From NCBI GenBank assembly GCA_964373105.1, contig CAYJTU010000001.1, forward strand, positions 5,217 through 69,216: a DNA stretch of 64,000 bases, written 5' to 3'. The notes beneath the pieces are model-generated. The model did not search any database. It was not told the DNA's origin and saw nothing but the letters and a program-made list of their open reading frames with translations. How positions within the stretch are numbered: position 1 is the first letter of the stretch; the number at the start of each line of letters is the position of its first letter. The DNA comes from an uncultured Moraxellaceae bacterium (lineage in GTDB: Bacteria; Pseudomonadota; Gammaproteobacteria; Pseudomonadales; Moraxellaceae). Positions 10,355 through 21,234 of this stretch are shown here, one piece after another. Both the position numbers and the translations under genes were made by a program.

Positions 10355-11170
10355 TTATGAGGCTTTACGTGGGCCCCAATCATAAACGTTACGGCGATAT
10401 GCATACCAGAATAGCCATAAGCCGATCACGAGCATTGGCACGGTCAGCAGTTGTCCTTTGCTCATCCAGCCAAACCACAAGTGTTGATCAAAATCGGGTT
10501 GACGGAAAAATTCGATGCCAAAGCGAGCGATACCATAGCCCAGCAAAAATAAAGCAGAGACGGCCATGCGTGGACGCGGTTTTGCCGAGAACCACCACAA
10601 GGCCAGAAAGAGGATCAAACCTTCAAACGTGGCTTCATAAAGCTGCGAAGGGTGACGCAATACATCGCCGCCCGTTGGAAATTTCATCGCCAATGCATAG
10701 GTCTGATCGACAACGGGACGTCCCCAAAGCTCACCATTAATAAAGTTGCCAATGCGCCCAAACATCAACCCGGTCGGCACACAGGGGGCAATAAAATCAA
10801 GGGTTTGAAATGCAGTTTTGCCATACTTACGTGCAAAAAAGACCATCGCGAGCATCACGCCAATAAAGCCGCCATGAAAGCTCATGCCGCCTTCCCAGAC
10901 CTTGAACAGGGTCAGTGGATTGCTGATTAAGCTATCCAACTGATAAAACAGCATATAACCAATTCTTCCGCCAAGTATGACACCAAGCGCGCCATAAAAT
11001 ACCAGATCAGAGACATGCTCAGCCGTCCAGCCGCGTTCAGCTTGACGGGCACGCCACAATGCAAGCCCATAGGCACTGGCAAATGCCAATAAATAGGTGA
11101 TGCCATACCAATGAATTTTCAATGGGCCAATGGCTAAAGCAATGGGATCAATGTGGGGGTAGGTCAGCAT
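10355..11170 (-). CDS. lgt: Prolipoprotein diacylglyceryl transferase
   Basis: IHWYG, GGMSFHGG, GRIGNFINGELWGR, HPSQLYE. Confidence 0.97.
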   Translation of the reverse strand: MLTYPHIDPIALAIGPLKIHWYGITYLLAFASAYGLALWRARQAERGWTAEHVSDLVFYGALGVILGGRIGYMLFYQLDSLISNPLTLFKVWEGGMSFHGGFIGVMLAMVFFARKYGKTAFQTLDFIAPCVPTGLMFGRIGNFINGELWGRPVVDQTYALAMKFPTGGDVLRHPSQLYEATFEGLILFLALWWFSAKPRPRMAVSALFLLGYGIARFGIEFFRQPDFDQHLWFGWMSKGQLLTVPMLVIGLWLFWYAYRRNVYDWGPRKAS

Positions 11171-11270
11171 TATGAACGTCTCATTGTATCTGTTTCAAAG
11201 TTACGGCATTCTACCGCATTGTTATGACGCTTTTCTTGGCATTGTTGTGACGTTTTACGAGTGAGCCTCT

Positions 11271-12017
11271 ATGTGTATTGTTGCGTTAGCGTGGCAGGTG
11301 GTGCCCAATAAACCGCTGATCTTGATTGGTAATCGAGATGAGTTTTTTGCCAGAGAAGCGGCGCCTTTAAGCGTGTGGTCTGATCATTCAATGATTGCTG
11401 GACGGGATCTGCAATCGGGCGGGACGTGGCTTGGGATCACCGCAACCGGTCGCTGGGCGGTGATTACCAACTACCGGGAAAAAGTCAGTCCGCCTGAGCA
11501 GGTCATCACGCGTGGCAGCCTTATTACCGATTATTTGAGCAGTGACCAAGCGCCACTGGATTTTTTAGCCACTGTGGATCCGGGGGCGTATGCCGGATTT
11601 AATCTGATCGTGGGCACGTTGACTGATGCCGCCGTACTGGGCAATCGCGGTACGCCGCCGCAAACACTCAGTGCAGGTCTGCATGGCCTCAGTAATGCGC
11701 TGCTGGATACGGTCTGGCCTAAAACAGAGCGTTTACTGAGTGGCTTTGAGTCTTTGGCGTTTAGTCATGACGATCAAATCGTCGATGCGGCTCTTGCGCT
11801 ACTCAATGACCAGACCCCCGCACCTGATGAGCGGCTACCGCATACAGGGGTCGGACCCATGATGGAAAAAGTCCTCTCACCCATCCGCATCGAAAGTCCG
11901 ATTTACGGGACACGGGTCTCGAGTGTCCTGATTCTTAAAGATGAGGGCTATACCTTTGCTGAGAAGACGTGGCGGCCCGTAGAAGGCGATGTGGTGAAAC
12001 TGAGTGGTGAGTGGTGA
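11271..12017 (+). CDS. NRDE/TANGO2-family protein
   Basis: N-terminal MC, NRDEFF, GRDLQSGGTWLG, YGTRVSS. Confidence 0.9.
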   Translation: MCIVALAWQVVPNKPLILIGNRDEFFAREAAPLSVWSDHSMIAGRDLQSGGTWLGITATGRWAVITNYREKVSPPEQVITRGSLITDYLSSDQAPLDFLATVDPGAYAGFNLIVGTLTDAAVLGNRGTPPQTLSAGLHGLSNALLDTVWPKTERLLSGFESLAFSHDDQIVDAALALLNDQTPAPDERLPHTGVGPMMEKVLSPIRIESPIYGTRVSSVLILKDEGYTFAEKTWRPVEGDVVKLSGEW

Positions 12018-12036
12018 GTGAGACCAAAGGTTGACG

Positions 12037-12660
12037 TCATCCAATCTCGGCGAACAAGGCCTGCTTAAACTGTGCCATCGCAATTCCACGATGACTAATC
12101 TGATTCTTCTCCGACCGTTCTAATTCCGCGCTGGTCTTGCCCAAAGCGGGCAGCCAAAAAAGTGGATCATAGCCAAATCCGCCATCGCCGCGAGTCTCAT
12201 CCAGAATTTCCCCATGCCAGATACCTTGAAAAATCAGTGGCAAAGGATCTTCAGCATGACGCACCAATGCCAATACACAAACAAACATTGCTGGAATGGA
12301 GTGTCCGTTACGCAACGGTTTAAGTCGTTCAAGCAAGGTTTGATTGTTCAGGATATCATTGCCATGCTCACCGCCGAATCGTGCTGAGTAGATCCCTGGC
12401 GCCCCGTCCAAGATAGGTACGCATAAGCCTGAGTCATCGGCGAGCGCTGCAAAGCCGGATTGTTTAGCCGCATGGCGGGCTTTGATCAATGCATTTTCAA
12501 CAAAACTTAAGCCATCCTCGACTGCGTCGGCTATGTCGAGTGTGCCTTGCGCGATGACGTTGATAGGCAGTGCTGCGGATTCAAACAGGGTATTGAACTC
12601 TTTGATCTTGCCTTGATTGTTGCTGGCAAGCACGAGGATGTTTTGAGGCAGATTCAGCAT
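12037..12660 (-). CDS. rdgB: Non-canonical purine NTP pyrophosphatase RdgB/HAM1 (start MLNLP at 12660 preferred)
   Basis: LASNNQGKIKE, ENALIKA, ADDSGL, GFGYDPLF, SHRG. Confidence 0.95.
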   Translation of the reverse strand: MLNLPQNILVLASNNQGKIKEFNTLFESAALPINVIAQGTLDIADAVEDGLSFVENALIKARHAAKQSGFAALADDSGLCVPILDGAPGIYSARFGGEHGNDILNNQTLLERLKPLRNGHSIPAMFVCVLALVRHAEDPLPLIFQGIWHGEILDETRGDGGFGYDPLFWLPALGKTSAELERSEKNQISHRGIAMAQFKQALFAEIG

Positions 12661-12720
12661 GGGGCTCACATTCTGGTGATCATTTCGTCTGTGAGATAAT
12701 AGCAAAAAAAACTGCCCCAT

Positions 12721-12750
12721 AAAAAAAGTCCGATTCAATCGGACTTTTTT
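12721..12750 (-). terminator. Intrinsic terminator-like hairpin between the sel1 gene and rdgB
   Basis: aaaaaagtccgatt-c-aatcggactttttt inverted repeat with A/T runs on both sides. Confidence 0.7.
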
Positions 12751-12770
12751 AAAAATAATTGAAGGATCAA

Positions 12771-13379
12771 TTATTTTTTGTTGGCACTGCCATCATCAGT
12801 TTGAATCCAACGATCAGCACGGTTTTTTGCATCTTGGATGTCTTGTGGCGACAAGTTCGCTGCTAAGGTACGGATTTTGCCTTGTGCTTTGTCTTTGATA
12901 CGCGCATCAAGCATGCCATCACGTGCAGACAAGTCGTACCACTGATAGGCATCCGCCAAATTCTGATCACGCTCTTCAATTATGGCAAGGTTATAGCTGG
13001 CGCGATTGTCGCCTTGCTTCGCCGCTTTGCCAAACCATACTTTGGCTTGATCAATGTTTTGGGCAACGCCTTTGCCTTGCGCATACATTTGACCGATATT
13101 GAGCTGTGCAGGCGCTGCGCCTTGGTCAGCCGCTTTTTTGTACCATGCAAACGCTTGTTGCATATCTTGTGGAACACCTTGACCTAACTTATAACGGGTC
13201 GCCAGGAAGAACTGTGCGCGGACATCACCACCTTGTGCGGCGGCTTGTAGTTCAGCAAGTGATAGGGTTGCAAAGCTAGGCTTAGGTGCTTCGGGTGTTA
13301 ATGACGTCAAGTCTGCCCAAGCAGGAATGCTCGCAGTCAAACCGAGGGACAGTGCTAGGGCGGTCAGTGTGTGCTTCAT
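12771..13379 (-). CDS. Sel1-repeat (TPR-like) periplasmic protein
   Basis: Signal peptide and repeated AQF.LA..Y..G.GV..D...A..WY.KAA units. Confidence 0.9.
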   Translation of the reverse strand: MKHTLTALALSLGLTASIPAWADLTSLTPEAPKPSFATLSLAELQAAAQGGDVRAQFFLATRYKLGQGVPQDMQQAFAWYKKAADQGAAPAQLNIGQMYAQGKGVAQNIDQAKVWFGKAAKQGDNRASYNLAIIEERDQNLADAYQWYDLSARDGMLDARIKDKAQGKIRTLAANLSPQDIQDAKNRADRWIQTDDGSANKK

Positions 13380-13969
13380 GATCGGCTCACTCTATAAATC
13401 GCAATTTCACCAAAAAAATTGGGGAAATGCTTCATGAAAAAATTACCTTGCTGATCGCCATCGACAGCAAGTCGATTGATTATTTTAATGCCATTTGCTT
13501 GGCAAAGGGCTTCAAAATCACGAAATGTACACAAATGGATGTTCGGGGTATTGTACCACATGTAAGGCAAAGCCTCTGAAACCGGCATTTTCCCCCGAAA
13601 TCCAAGATAACTTCGCGTCTTCCAATGAGCGAAGTTAGGGAAGGTAATAATGGCTTCGCGACCTACCCTGACCATATCCAATAAAATTTGATCTGGTGCT
13701 TTAACTGCTTGCAAAGCTTGTGCCATAACGACAGCATCAAAGCTTTGGTCGGCAAAGCGCCCAAGTCCATCATTCAAATCCTGCTCAATGATATTAAGAC
13801 CGCGACCTATCGCAGTGGTAATTTTATCTTCATCAATTTCAAGACCATAGCAATCAATGTCGAGACGTTTTGCCATGTGTGCCAGCAGCTCACCATCCCC
13901 GCATCCCAGATCTAAGACGCGTGAGCCTGGTTTGATCCAGCGTTCCGCGAGTTGTTGATCGAGTCTCAT
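13376..13969 (-). CDS. metW: Methionine biosynthesis protein MetW
   Basis: SAM-binding VLDLGCGDG and [11 protein letters not shown]; overlaps the metX stop. Confidence 0.93.
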   Translation of the reverse strand: MRLDQQLAERWIKPGSRVLDLGCGDGELLAHMAKRLDIDCYGLEIDEDKITTAIGRGLNIIEQDLNDGLGRFADQSFDAVVMAQALQAVKAPDQILLDMVRVGREAIITFPNFAHWKTRSYLGFRGKMPVSEALPYMWYNTPNIHLCTFRDFEALCQANGIKIINRLAVDGDQQGNFFMKHFPNFFGEIAIYRVSRS

Positions 13970-15273
13970 GATGTGGCTCCAGCAACAGGGCTTGATTGAT
14001 TTTGGTCAGCGCTGTGCACTTGTGGTGCATTTTTGGTCACATTGTGCCCTAAATTCTGAATGGCGGGCTGCCCCAAGAAGCCGCGGAGCGTATGGACATA
14101 GCGTGGAATGGGGAATAGAAACGAATCGTGACCTTGAGGGGCATCGACATCGATATAGCTGACCGGTTGGCGATTGGTGATCAACGCATCGACGATCTCT
14201 TGTGAGCGGCTCGGTGCAAAACGCCAATCGGTAGTAAATGACACAATCAGAAAGCGGCAGGTCGCAGGCAGGAGAGCTTGATTAAGCTTGCTGTCATGGT
14301 CGCGTGCGGGGTCAAAATAATCCAAGGCCTTGGTCATGATCAGATAGGTATTGGCATCGAAGTTACGGCTAAACTGCTCGCCTTGGTAGCGCAAGTAACT
14401 TTCAACTTGGAATTCGACATCATACCCATAGAGAAAGTTGCCTGATTTCAAGTCACGGCCGAATTTTTCTTTCATCGCCTCTTCGGACAAGTAAGTGATG
14501 TGACCGACCATGCGCGCCAAAATCAGTCCGCGCTTGGGGAACGTCTGCTGCTCAAGGTAGCGACCCGCGTGGAAATCAGGATCGGAGAGGATCGATTGGC
14601 GTGCGACTTCGTTAAAGGCGATATTTTGGGCGGAGAGCTTTGGTGTGCTTGCGATGATTGCACAATTCTTGAGGCGCTGCGGATAATCAACCGCCCACTG
14701 TAAGGCTTGCATACCGCCCAATGAGCCGCCGACGACGGCATGCCAGACACCAACGCCTAAGCGATCGGCAAGTCTTGCTTGGACATTGACCCAGTCGCGC
14801 ACCGTGACAAGCGGAAAGTCGGGGCCATAGGGTTTATTATCATTTTCAGGATTGGGTGAAGTCGGTCCTGTAGAGCCATTGCAACCGCCGATGTTATTGA
14901 GGGCAACGACAAAAAATATATTAGTATCAATAGCTTTGTTTGGTCCAATACAGCTATCCCACCAGCCGGCTTTGCTTTCACCCGCATAGTATCCGGCCGC
15001 ATGATGATGACCTGATAGGGCATGACAAATCAGAATGGCATTGGACGCATCGGCATTGAGTGTGCCATAGGTTTCGATCATCAAATCGAAACGCGGCAAG
15101 ATACGACCTGTCTCTAGAATTAACGGGTCTTCAAAAGATTCTAAACGCGGGGCAACGATTCCGACCGAATCGGCTGCCAGTGCGGGATTCGGCTCAGGTG
15201 TTGTTGTCAATTTGGCATCGGGATGTGCACTAATGCTGAGATCAGCTTGGGTTGAATCAGTTGAGGAGACCAC
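13966..15273 (-). CDS. metX: Homoserine O-acetyl/succinyltransferase (MetX family)
   Basis: [14 protein letters not shown] nucleophile elbow, GHDSFL; adjacent to metW. Confidence 0.95.
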   Translation of the reverse strand: MVSSTDSTQADLSISAHPDAKLTTTPEPNPALAADSVGIVAPRLESFEDPLILETGRILPRFDLMIETYGTLNADASNAILICHALSGHHHAAGYYAGESKAGWWDSCIGPNKAIDTNIFFVVALNNIGGCNGSTGPTSPNPENDNKPYGPDFPLVTVRDWVNVQARLADRLGVGVWHAVVGGSLGGMQALQWAVDYPQRLKNCAIIASTPKLSAQNIAFNEVARQSILSDPDFHAGRYLEQQTFPKRGLILARMVGHITYLSEEAMKEKFGRDLKSGNFLYGYDVEFQVESYLRYQGEQFSRNFDANTYLIMTKALDYFDPARDHDSKLNQALLPATCRFLIVSFTTDWRFAPSRSQEIVDALITNRQPVSYIDVDAPQGHDSFLFPIPRYVHTLRGFLGQPAIQNLGHNVTKNAPQVHSADQNQSSPVAGATS

Positions 15274-15379
15274 GTTTTACTTTCCAGCTTAAACCTAGCC
15301 TCAAGTGTAAGGTTCGATGTCATCCTGATCAATAGCTTGAGACGCTTTAGATGATAACAACATCGTGTTGTTGTCCGTT

Positions 15380-16198
15380 TTACTTGCGATGTTCCATGAG
15401 TGGCATTGCTTTGCGTCTGGTCAGCAATAAAGCCTCATCATAGTCCGCACTGATTTGGGTGGGGATTTCATCTTCACTCTCTGCCAAAACGTCGCCCCAA
15501 CCATCCACAATCGCACTGTGCCCCCAAGTCTGGCGCGTTCCATGCCAGCCCCCTTGACCCGCACCGATGACCAGACACTGGCTATCTATGGCGCGTGCGC
15601 GCAGTAGCAATTGCCAGTGGGCTTGACCTGTGAGATGAGTGAATGCTGAAGGTGCCGTCAAAATTTCAGAACCTTGATTACGCAGCGCGACTGCGAGCTC
15701 TGGAAAGCGTAAGTCATAGCAAATCATTAGGCCAAGTTTGCCGAAAGGGGTGGCGGCAGTGATGATTTGATCGCCCGGCTCAAAGGTTGCTGATTCAAGG
15801 TACTGCCCCGTACCATCGGGTACGTTGACATCAAACAAATGAATTTTGTCATAGCGGGCAACGATTTGACCATTGGGGTCAATCAACAGGCAGGCTGAGC
15901 GTACGCGTCCATCAGCCATAGTTTGGCCATTGGGGCGATAACCACAAGGTATAGAACCTGCAACAATCCACAGATTCAGTTGCTGTGCCCAACGTCCCAA
16001 GGTTGCTGCAATCTCATCGAAGCGTTCCGCGGTTCTGCGCTGTTGCCCCGGCGCAAAACAGGCGAAATTCTCGGGCAGAACCGCAAACACACTGCCGGAA
16101 AGAGCAGCTTGCTGAAGCAGCGCATAGGCTTGCGATAGATTCTGTTCAATCTGATCTTGCGAATTCATTTGGATGGCGGTAAAGCGAGCAGACGGCAT
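15380..16198 (-). CDS. Carbon-nitrogen hydrolase (Nit-like amidase)
   Basis: LPEN, YDKIHLFD and ICYDLRFPE giving an E-K-C triad. Confidence 0.92.
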   Translation of the reverse strand: MPSARFTAIQMNSQDQIEQNLSQAYALLQQAALSGSVFAVLPENFACFAPGQQRRTAERFDEIAATLGRWAQQLNLWIVAGSIPCGYRPNGQTMADGRVRSACLLIDPNGQIVARYDKIHLFDVNVPDGTGQYLESATFEPGDQIITAATPFGKLGLMICYDLRFPELAVALRNQGSEILTAPSAFTHLTGQAHWQLLLRARAIDSQCLVIGAGQGGWHGTRQTWGHSAIVDGWGDVLAESEDEIPTQISADYDEALLLTRRKAMPLMEHRK

Positions 16199-16358
16199 AG
16201 ACTGACTCTTTTAGCTGGAGTTTGAGCAGATTGAACAATATTGTCTTAAAGTACATTGCCAGTAAGCAATGTACCGTTCTTTTATTTCAATATAGAAGTG
16301 CGCTTAGATCAGTGTCAAGTTGAATGATTATGGTTTTTATCGGATGTCTGGGACGTGA

Positions 16359-16892
16359 TCAGTGATGTTGCTGGGAGCAGGAGAAGTTTTGTGAAGCTTG
16401 CTGTTGCTGGCGGTGTTCGTTTTCAAGCTGGCTGACCAGAGGCTGAAACATCGCTTTATTATTATCGTTCAAATTCATCAAGGCTTGGTGTGCTTCAAGC
16501 ACGGTCTCTAACATCGCATGTGCTTCAGGCTTTTCTTCAGGCAGTGTGTAGGTACACTGCGATGCCGTTTTGCAATTCATCATCACAAACACTTGGCCTA
16601 AGCCCATACTGTTGGTCAGCGTGGTGATATCTGGATTGGTCGATAACATAATCGGTTGAATGTCACGTTGCGTGCGCAAGTGTAGACCTAGCTTGGCGAG
16701 GACGCCCAGCGTAGTGCTATCGACAAAAGTTGTGTCAGTCAGATCCACAAGCGCACCAGTGAGTGCCGGATCTTGTGTTATTTTGTCTAATAAATGATCT
16801 AGACTGCTGCAGGTCATTGCGCGGATCTCGCCGACCAGTTTGAACACATGCGTTCCTTGTAGGACTGCATACTCAATACGACCAGTTGACAT
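16359..16892 (-). CDS. gigB: STAS-domain anti-anti-sigma factor, GigB-like (start MSTGRI at 16892)
   Basis: STAS motif VDLTDTTFVDSTTLGVLA with the phospho-Ser; directly downstream of a PP2C gene. Confidence 0.75.
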   Translation of the reverse strand: MSTGRIEYAVLQGTHVFKLVGEIRAMTCSSLDHLLDKITQDPALTGALVDLTDTTFVDSTTLGVLAKLGLHLRTQRDIQPIMLSTNPDITTLTNSMGLGQVFVMMNCKTASQCTYTLPEEKPEAHAMLETVLEAHQALMNLNDNNKAMFQPLVSQLENEHRQQQQASQNFSCSQQHH

Positions 16893-17102
16893 ATAAATGC
16901 AAACACTCACATTCGAAGTCACAATTATCGCACAAAAAAATGCTCCGCAGCAAGATTTCGACAAAAAAACATCCTTGTCACCAGCTTTAGTTTGTTACGA
17001 GACATGTGCGTATAGAGATTGAGGTTAAAGGCTTGAGATGCGGTTTAGATCAAAAAATATTCGAAAACAAAACCTATAAAGCTTTAATTGTGAACTGTTT
17101 GG

Positions 17103-18071
17103 CTAAATGCGACTTAAGGACAGAATGGTGAGATCATCCGTCAGATGATCGGGCGGGTCAAAGCGCCGCGTTGAGAGGGTCTCAATAAGTTGGGTCAATT
17201 GTTCACTGGTGCCGCCTGAAAAAATCTCAATCGCACCATCTGAGCAAAAAAGCAGCTGTGACTGCGGCTCAAGTGAGGTTGTTTGGGTGGTCAGTGTCAA
17301 ATCGGTGACTAGACCCAGTGGAAAGCTACTGCTATTAAGGATTTCGGTCGTGCGATCTGGATGAATCAAGATTGGCGGCGGATAGTGCCCTGCACTACAC
17401 CATTCCAGATGATGGGTTAGCGGGTTCAGTAATCCACAGAGTACGGTGATGTGCTTCCCTGCATTTTGAGTCACGAGCAAACGATTCATACGACTGAGTA
17501 GCGCTTGAGGCGAGTGCTCCGAACCATGAAACGCAGCCAGCCAGCCTGTCAGTAAACTACTTGCCGCCCCATGACCCGCGACATCGGCCAGATAAAACAA
17601 CAGTCGATTGTCGGGCGTCATCCAATAATCTAGCCAATCGCCCGATAATGCACTGGCGGGTTGATAGATATGTTCAATTTGATAGTTAGCCACTTCGAGA
17701 GGCTTGGGGATGAGCCGTTTTTGCAATCGGGCTGCGGCAGGCAGATCACGACTATCACTTTGATGCTGATGTCGCATTTTGAGTTGCTGAATAATGGGGG
17801 CAATCGAGTCGGGGAGTTGATCACGAATCCAACCTGCCCAAGCGCCACGCTGCCAAGCATTGACGAGCTCAAAGCCTTGGTGATTGTGAGCTAAAACGAT
17901 CGTCGGCTGCGGCCAACGATTTGCCAGATAGATGCTGACATCGGCGATGACCAGATGCTCAGCAGGAATGCTGAGCAATTCATCAGCGGTAATGGTGATG
18001 ATTTCTGGGACATCTGCCCGTAGACGCACATGGCAGTCATCTACGGGTACGTCAATGAGATAGACCGACAA
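17103..18071 (-). CDS. gigA: PP2C/SpoIIE-type phosphatase, GigA/RsbU-like
   Basis: LSGDW, LADVAGHG, CSAGHYPP, CSDG and DDLTIL motifs; sits between mlaA and the STAS gene. Confidence 0.75.
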   Translation of the reverse strand: MSVYLIDVPVDDCHVRLRADVPEIITITADELLSIPAEHLVIADVSIYLANRWPQPTIVLAHNHQGFELVNAWQRGAWAGWIRDQLPDSIAPIIQQLKMRHQHQSDSRDLPAAARLQKRLIPKPLEVANYQIEHIYQPASALSGDWLDYWMTPDNRLLFYLADVAGHGAASSLLTGWLAAFHGSEHSPQALLSRMNRLLVTQNAGKHITVLCGLLNPLTHHLEWCSAGHYPPPILIHPDRTTEILNSSSFPLGLVTDLTLTTQTTSLEPQSQLLFCSDGAIEIFSGGTSEQLTQLIETLSTRRFDPPDHLTDDLTILSLSRI

Positions 18072-18080
18072 GGCGGCGAA

Positions 18081-19361
18081 TCAAATAGACTGGTGCAGAG
18101 CTGTGGCCGATGCCATGCTCATTGCATAGGTTGCCAAGAAGGCTTGCTGCACATTGAAAGAGAGGGGCTGGTCACCTGACTCTGTCGTTGATGATGAGGT
18201 GGTGTTCGGCATTGTCTGGGTATCAGGACCACTCTGTGGGGCGACCGTTGGTTCAGGGTTTTCTCGGTGAGAGCTGCGCTTCGGTTTGTTTGGCGTGTCT
18301 GGGTTTGCCGTTGATGGCGTATTACTATCATCACCGAACCCATCATCGCTAAAGCTATTGTTAGGTGCGGATGCGTCAAGTTTACCGTTGATTTTAAATT
18401 GGCGATTTTGTAGGTAGATGTCGCGAAGGAGCGAGTATTGATCCCCTTCGACAAAATGCTCTAAACCGATCAGTTTCGCACGCATGTCGACGGTTTTGAC
18501 GGCCGTAAGGCCAGTTGAGGTCCAGCTATCATTGACATAATAGATCGGCGAGCCGAACTGATCGACCACTGTGCCAAAGGTATCACGAATGGTACTGGGT
18601 CCCAAAAAAGGCAGCATCAGGAACGGGCCGGAGCCTATGCCCCACTTGCCCAAAGTCTGACCGAAATCGCCACTCGATTTTTCGACACCCAGATAGCCGG
18701 CGACATCATAAAAACCCAGAGTCGTAGAGGTATTAATAATAAAACGACTCAATGATTCGATGGACGTGCCGGGATGACCTTGCAGCAGGTTGTTCACTGC
18801 GGTCCAAGGGGTACCCAAGTTGGTAAAGAATTGTGAAATGGCGGTTTGTACGGTCTGAGGCACATTGCGGCTATACGCGCCAGCAACAGGGAGCAAAATA
18901 TATTTATCTAACTTTAAGTTAAATTTAAAGATGCTGCGATTGAATCCCTCAAACGGATCTTTAACCGGGTCTGGCTGTGCTGCACTTGCATCCACCGCGA
19001 TCTTGGTGCCCAGCGCGCCAATTTTGTCTATAGTCTTATCAATGGAGCGAGTGATCGCATTGGTATTTGTCTTTGGATCGAGTGAGCCGTTTATCGCGGG
19101 ATCTGTTGACGCTGTAACCGCTGAGCTGTTGCTTTGATCTATGCTGCTGTCAATATTCTGCACGGTAACGACGGTTGCACTTGGGGCAATTGTGCTGGCG
19201 GGCAATGTACTTGCTTCAGGCACAGCAACAACGGGCGCGGTATCCAGTGGACTACTGGCTGGCGCTGCTTGTTCAGTCTCTGCCGCGACAAATGTCGATG
19301 ATAGGCTGATGCACACGGCAAGCGCTGTCATGAGGTGTGTGTTAGACATAAAAAAACTCAA
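18081..19361 (-). CDS. mlaA: MlaA/VacJ-family protein with long low-complexity N- and C-terminal extensions
   Basis: DPFEGFNR, RFIINTSTTLG, DFGQTLGKWG, GPFLMLPFLGPSTIRD. Confidence 0.92.
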   Translation of the reverse strand: MSFFMSNTHLMTALAVCISLSSTFVAAETEQAAPASSPLDTAPVVAVPEASTLPASTIAPSATVVTVQNIDSSIDQSNSSAVTASTDPAINGSLDPKTNTNAITRSIDKTIDKIGALGTKIAVDASAAQPDPVKDPFEGFNRSIFKFNLKLDKYILLPVAGAYSRNVPQTVQTAISQFFTNLGTPWTAVNNLLQGHPGTSIESLSRFIINTSTTLGFYDVAGYLGVEKSSGDFGQTLGKWGIGSGPFLMLPFLGPSTIRDTFGTVVDQFGSPIYYVNDSWTSTGLTAVKTVDMRAKLIGLEHFVEGDQYSLLRDIYLQNRQFKINGKLDASAPNNSFSDDGFGDDSNTPSTANPDTPNKPKRSSHRENPEPTVAPQSGPDTQTMPNTTSSSTTESGDQPLSFNVQQAFLATYAMSMASATALHQSI

Positions 19362-19701
19362 ACCTTAACTCGAAAAAACAGCTTATGTTACTTCATGTTA
19401 ATTTTCTAGGTGTAAAGAATGATTTGAGCTCTTTTAGTTTCATTCTGAGGCGTTATTTTTGTAAGTAATTATTTTAATTACACGGTGGCATCACTCATGA
19501 TGTAGCGCTAGAATGACAGCAAGCGCTGCTGAACACAAAATTTGATGATTAAAAAAAATGCATTCAAGGCATAAAAATTGCATACGCGCGCAAGCTTCGG
19601 TTGTATACTAAAAACAGGTGCTCCAAGATACCCATCAATACCGCGATGAACTATTAACCATGATAAATCAAATGTTGCAAGCTTAAATTCATGAGGGATA
19701 G

Positions 19702-21234
19702 ATGAAGTTATCAGTCGGACTGAGAGTCTCAAGCTCGTTATCGCTTACCCCCCAATTGCAGCAGGCGATCCGCCTCCTGCAACTCTCGTCACTTGAGCTC
19801 GAACAAGAAATCCAAAATCAGCTCGATAGTAATCCGCTTCTTGAGGCAGTAGATGCCTCTCCAGAAGGTCAAGCCTCTGACTCTTTAGATAATAATGTTG
19901 ATTATCAGTCGACAGAACAATCCTCTGATTACGATTCACAAAGTGATTTTCAAGACAGCGCGGTATCCGATGGTGCGTCTTCAGTTGCATTAGATGAGCA
20001 GATGGGTTTGACCCGTTTGGGGGAAGACCTACCGGTCGATACCCAGTGGGATGACGTGTTTAGTCATCAATCGACAGCGCTGGCTTCCCCTGAATTTGAT
20101 GAGCGGGAAGATACGCGGACGGTCAGTGATTCGATTTGGTCTGAATTGCGCTGGCAGTTGAACCTCACGCCATTTAGTCCGGTAGATCGGATTATGGCGG
20201 AGTGCATTATTGATGGGATTGATGAGCGTGGCTATCTAGAAGCCAGCTTAGAAGAGTTGCTTGAAGCAACCCAGAATCAACTCGATGCACTGGATCTGGA
20301 CATCGAAGAAGTCGAGCTCTCCGAGCTCGAAGTGGTTTTAAAGCGGATTCAGAATTTTGACCCTCCGGGTGTGGGCGCCCGTGACTTGAGCGAATGTCTC
20401 TGCTTACAACTACGCGCGCTGCCTGAGCATACGCCTTCGCGCCGGGATGCCCTGAATATGATGGCGCATCATGAATTATTGCTGATCAATGATATCCCGA
20501 AGCTGATGCGTCAAACGGGTTTGGATCAAGATGAGCTGCGCTCTGCCTTGGCGTTGGTGAAGTCTTTAGATCCTTATCCTGGTTTGAAGTTTCAAAACAA
20601 TGAACGTGAGCATCAAGTCCCTGATGTGATTGTTCGTAAGAAAAATGATCATTGGGAAGTGCAGCTCAACACTGATATTTTGCCCAAACTACGCGTCAAT
20701 TCCTATTACGCCAGCATGATCAAACGTGCCGACCAAAGTGAAGAAAATCAATATTTGCGCTCCCACATGCAAGAGGCGCGGAATTTTATCAAAAGTGTCG
20801 ATGAACGACATAAGACTTTACTGAAAGTATCGACGTGTATCGTTCAGCACCAGCGTGCCTTTCTTGAGCATGGTCCAGAGGCCATGAAACCCTTGATTTT
20901 GCGCGATATTGCTTTGGAAACGGAGCTGCATGAGTCGACGGTATCACGGGTTACTACGCAAAAATTCCTATTGACCCCGCGGGGCTTATTTGAGCTCAAA
21001 TATTTCTTTTCCAGCCATGTGGCGACCAGTACAGGTGGCGAGTGTTCATCGACCGCGATTCGCGCGATGATCAAGAAGATGGTTGCGGATGAGAATGTCA
21101 AAAAACCATTATCAGATAATGCATTGACCGAAAAGTTACATGAGGCGGGAATTGATGTGGCGCGCCGGACGGTTGCTAAGTATCGCGAGTCGCTGAATAT
21201 TGCGTCATCCAGCGAGCGTAAACGCTTACTGTAA
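19702..21234 (+). CDS. rpoN: RNA polymerase sigma-54 factor
   Basis: N-terminal LTPQLQQAIRLLQL, LHESTVSR and RpoN box ARRTVAKYRE. Confidence 0.98.
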   Translation: MKLSVGLRVSSSLSLTPQLQQAIRLLQLSSLELEQEIQNQLDSNPLLEAVDASPEGQASDSLDNNVDYQSTEQSSDYDSQSDFQDSAVSDGASSVALDEQMGLTRLGEDLPVDTQWDDVFSHQSTALASPEFDEREDTRTVSDSIWSELRWQLNLTPFSPVDRIMAECIIDGIDERGYLEASLEELLEATQNQLDALDLDIEEVELSELEVVLKRIQNFDPPGVGARDLSECLCLQLRALPEHTPSRRDALNMMAHHELLLINDIPKLMRQTGLDQDELRSALALVKSLDPYPGLKFQNNEREHQVPDVIVRKKNDHWEVQLNTDILPKLRVNSYYASMIKRADQSEENQYLRSHMQEARNFIKSVDERHKTLLKVSTCIVQHQRAFLEHGPEAMKPLILRDIALETELHESTVSRVTTQKFLLTPRGLFELKYFFSSHVATSTGGECSSTAIRAMIKKMVADENVKKPLSDNALTEKLHEAGIDVARRTVAKYRESLNIASSSERKRLL

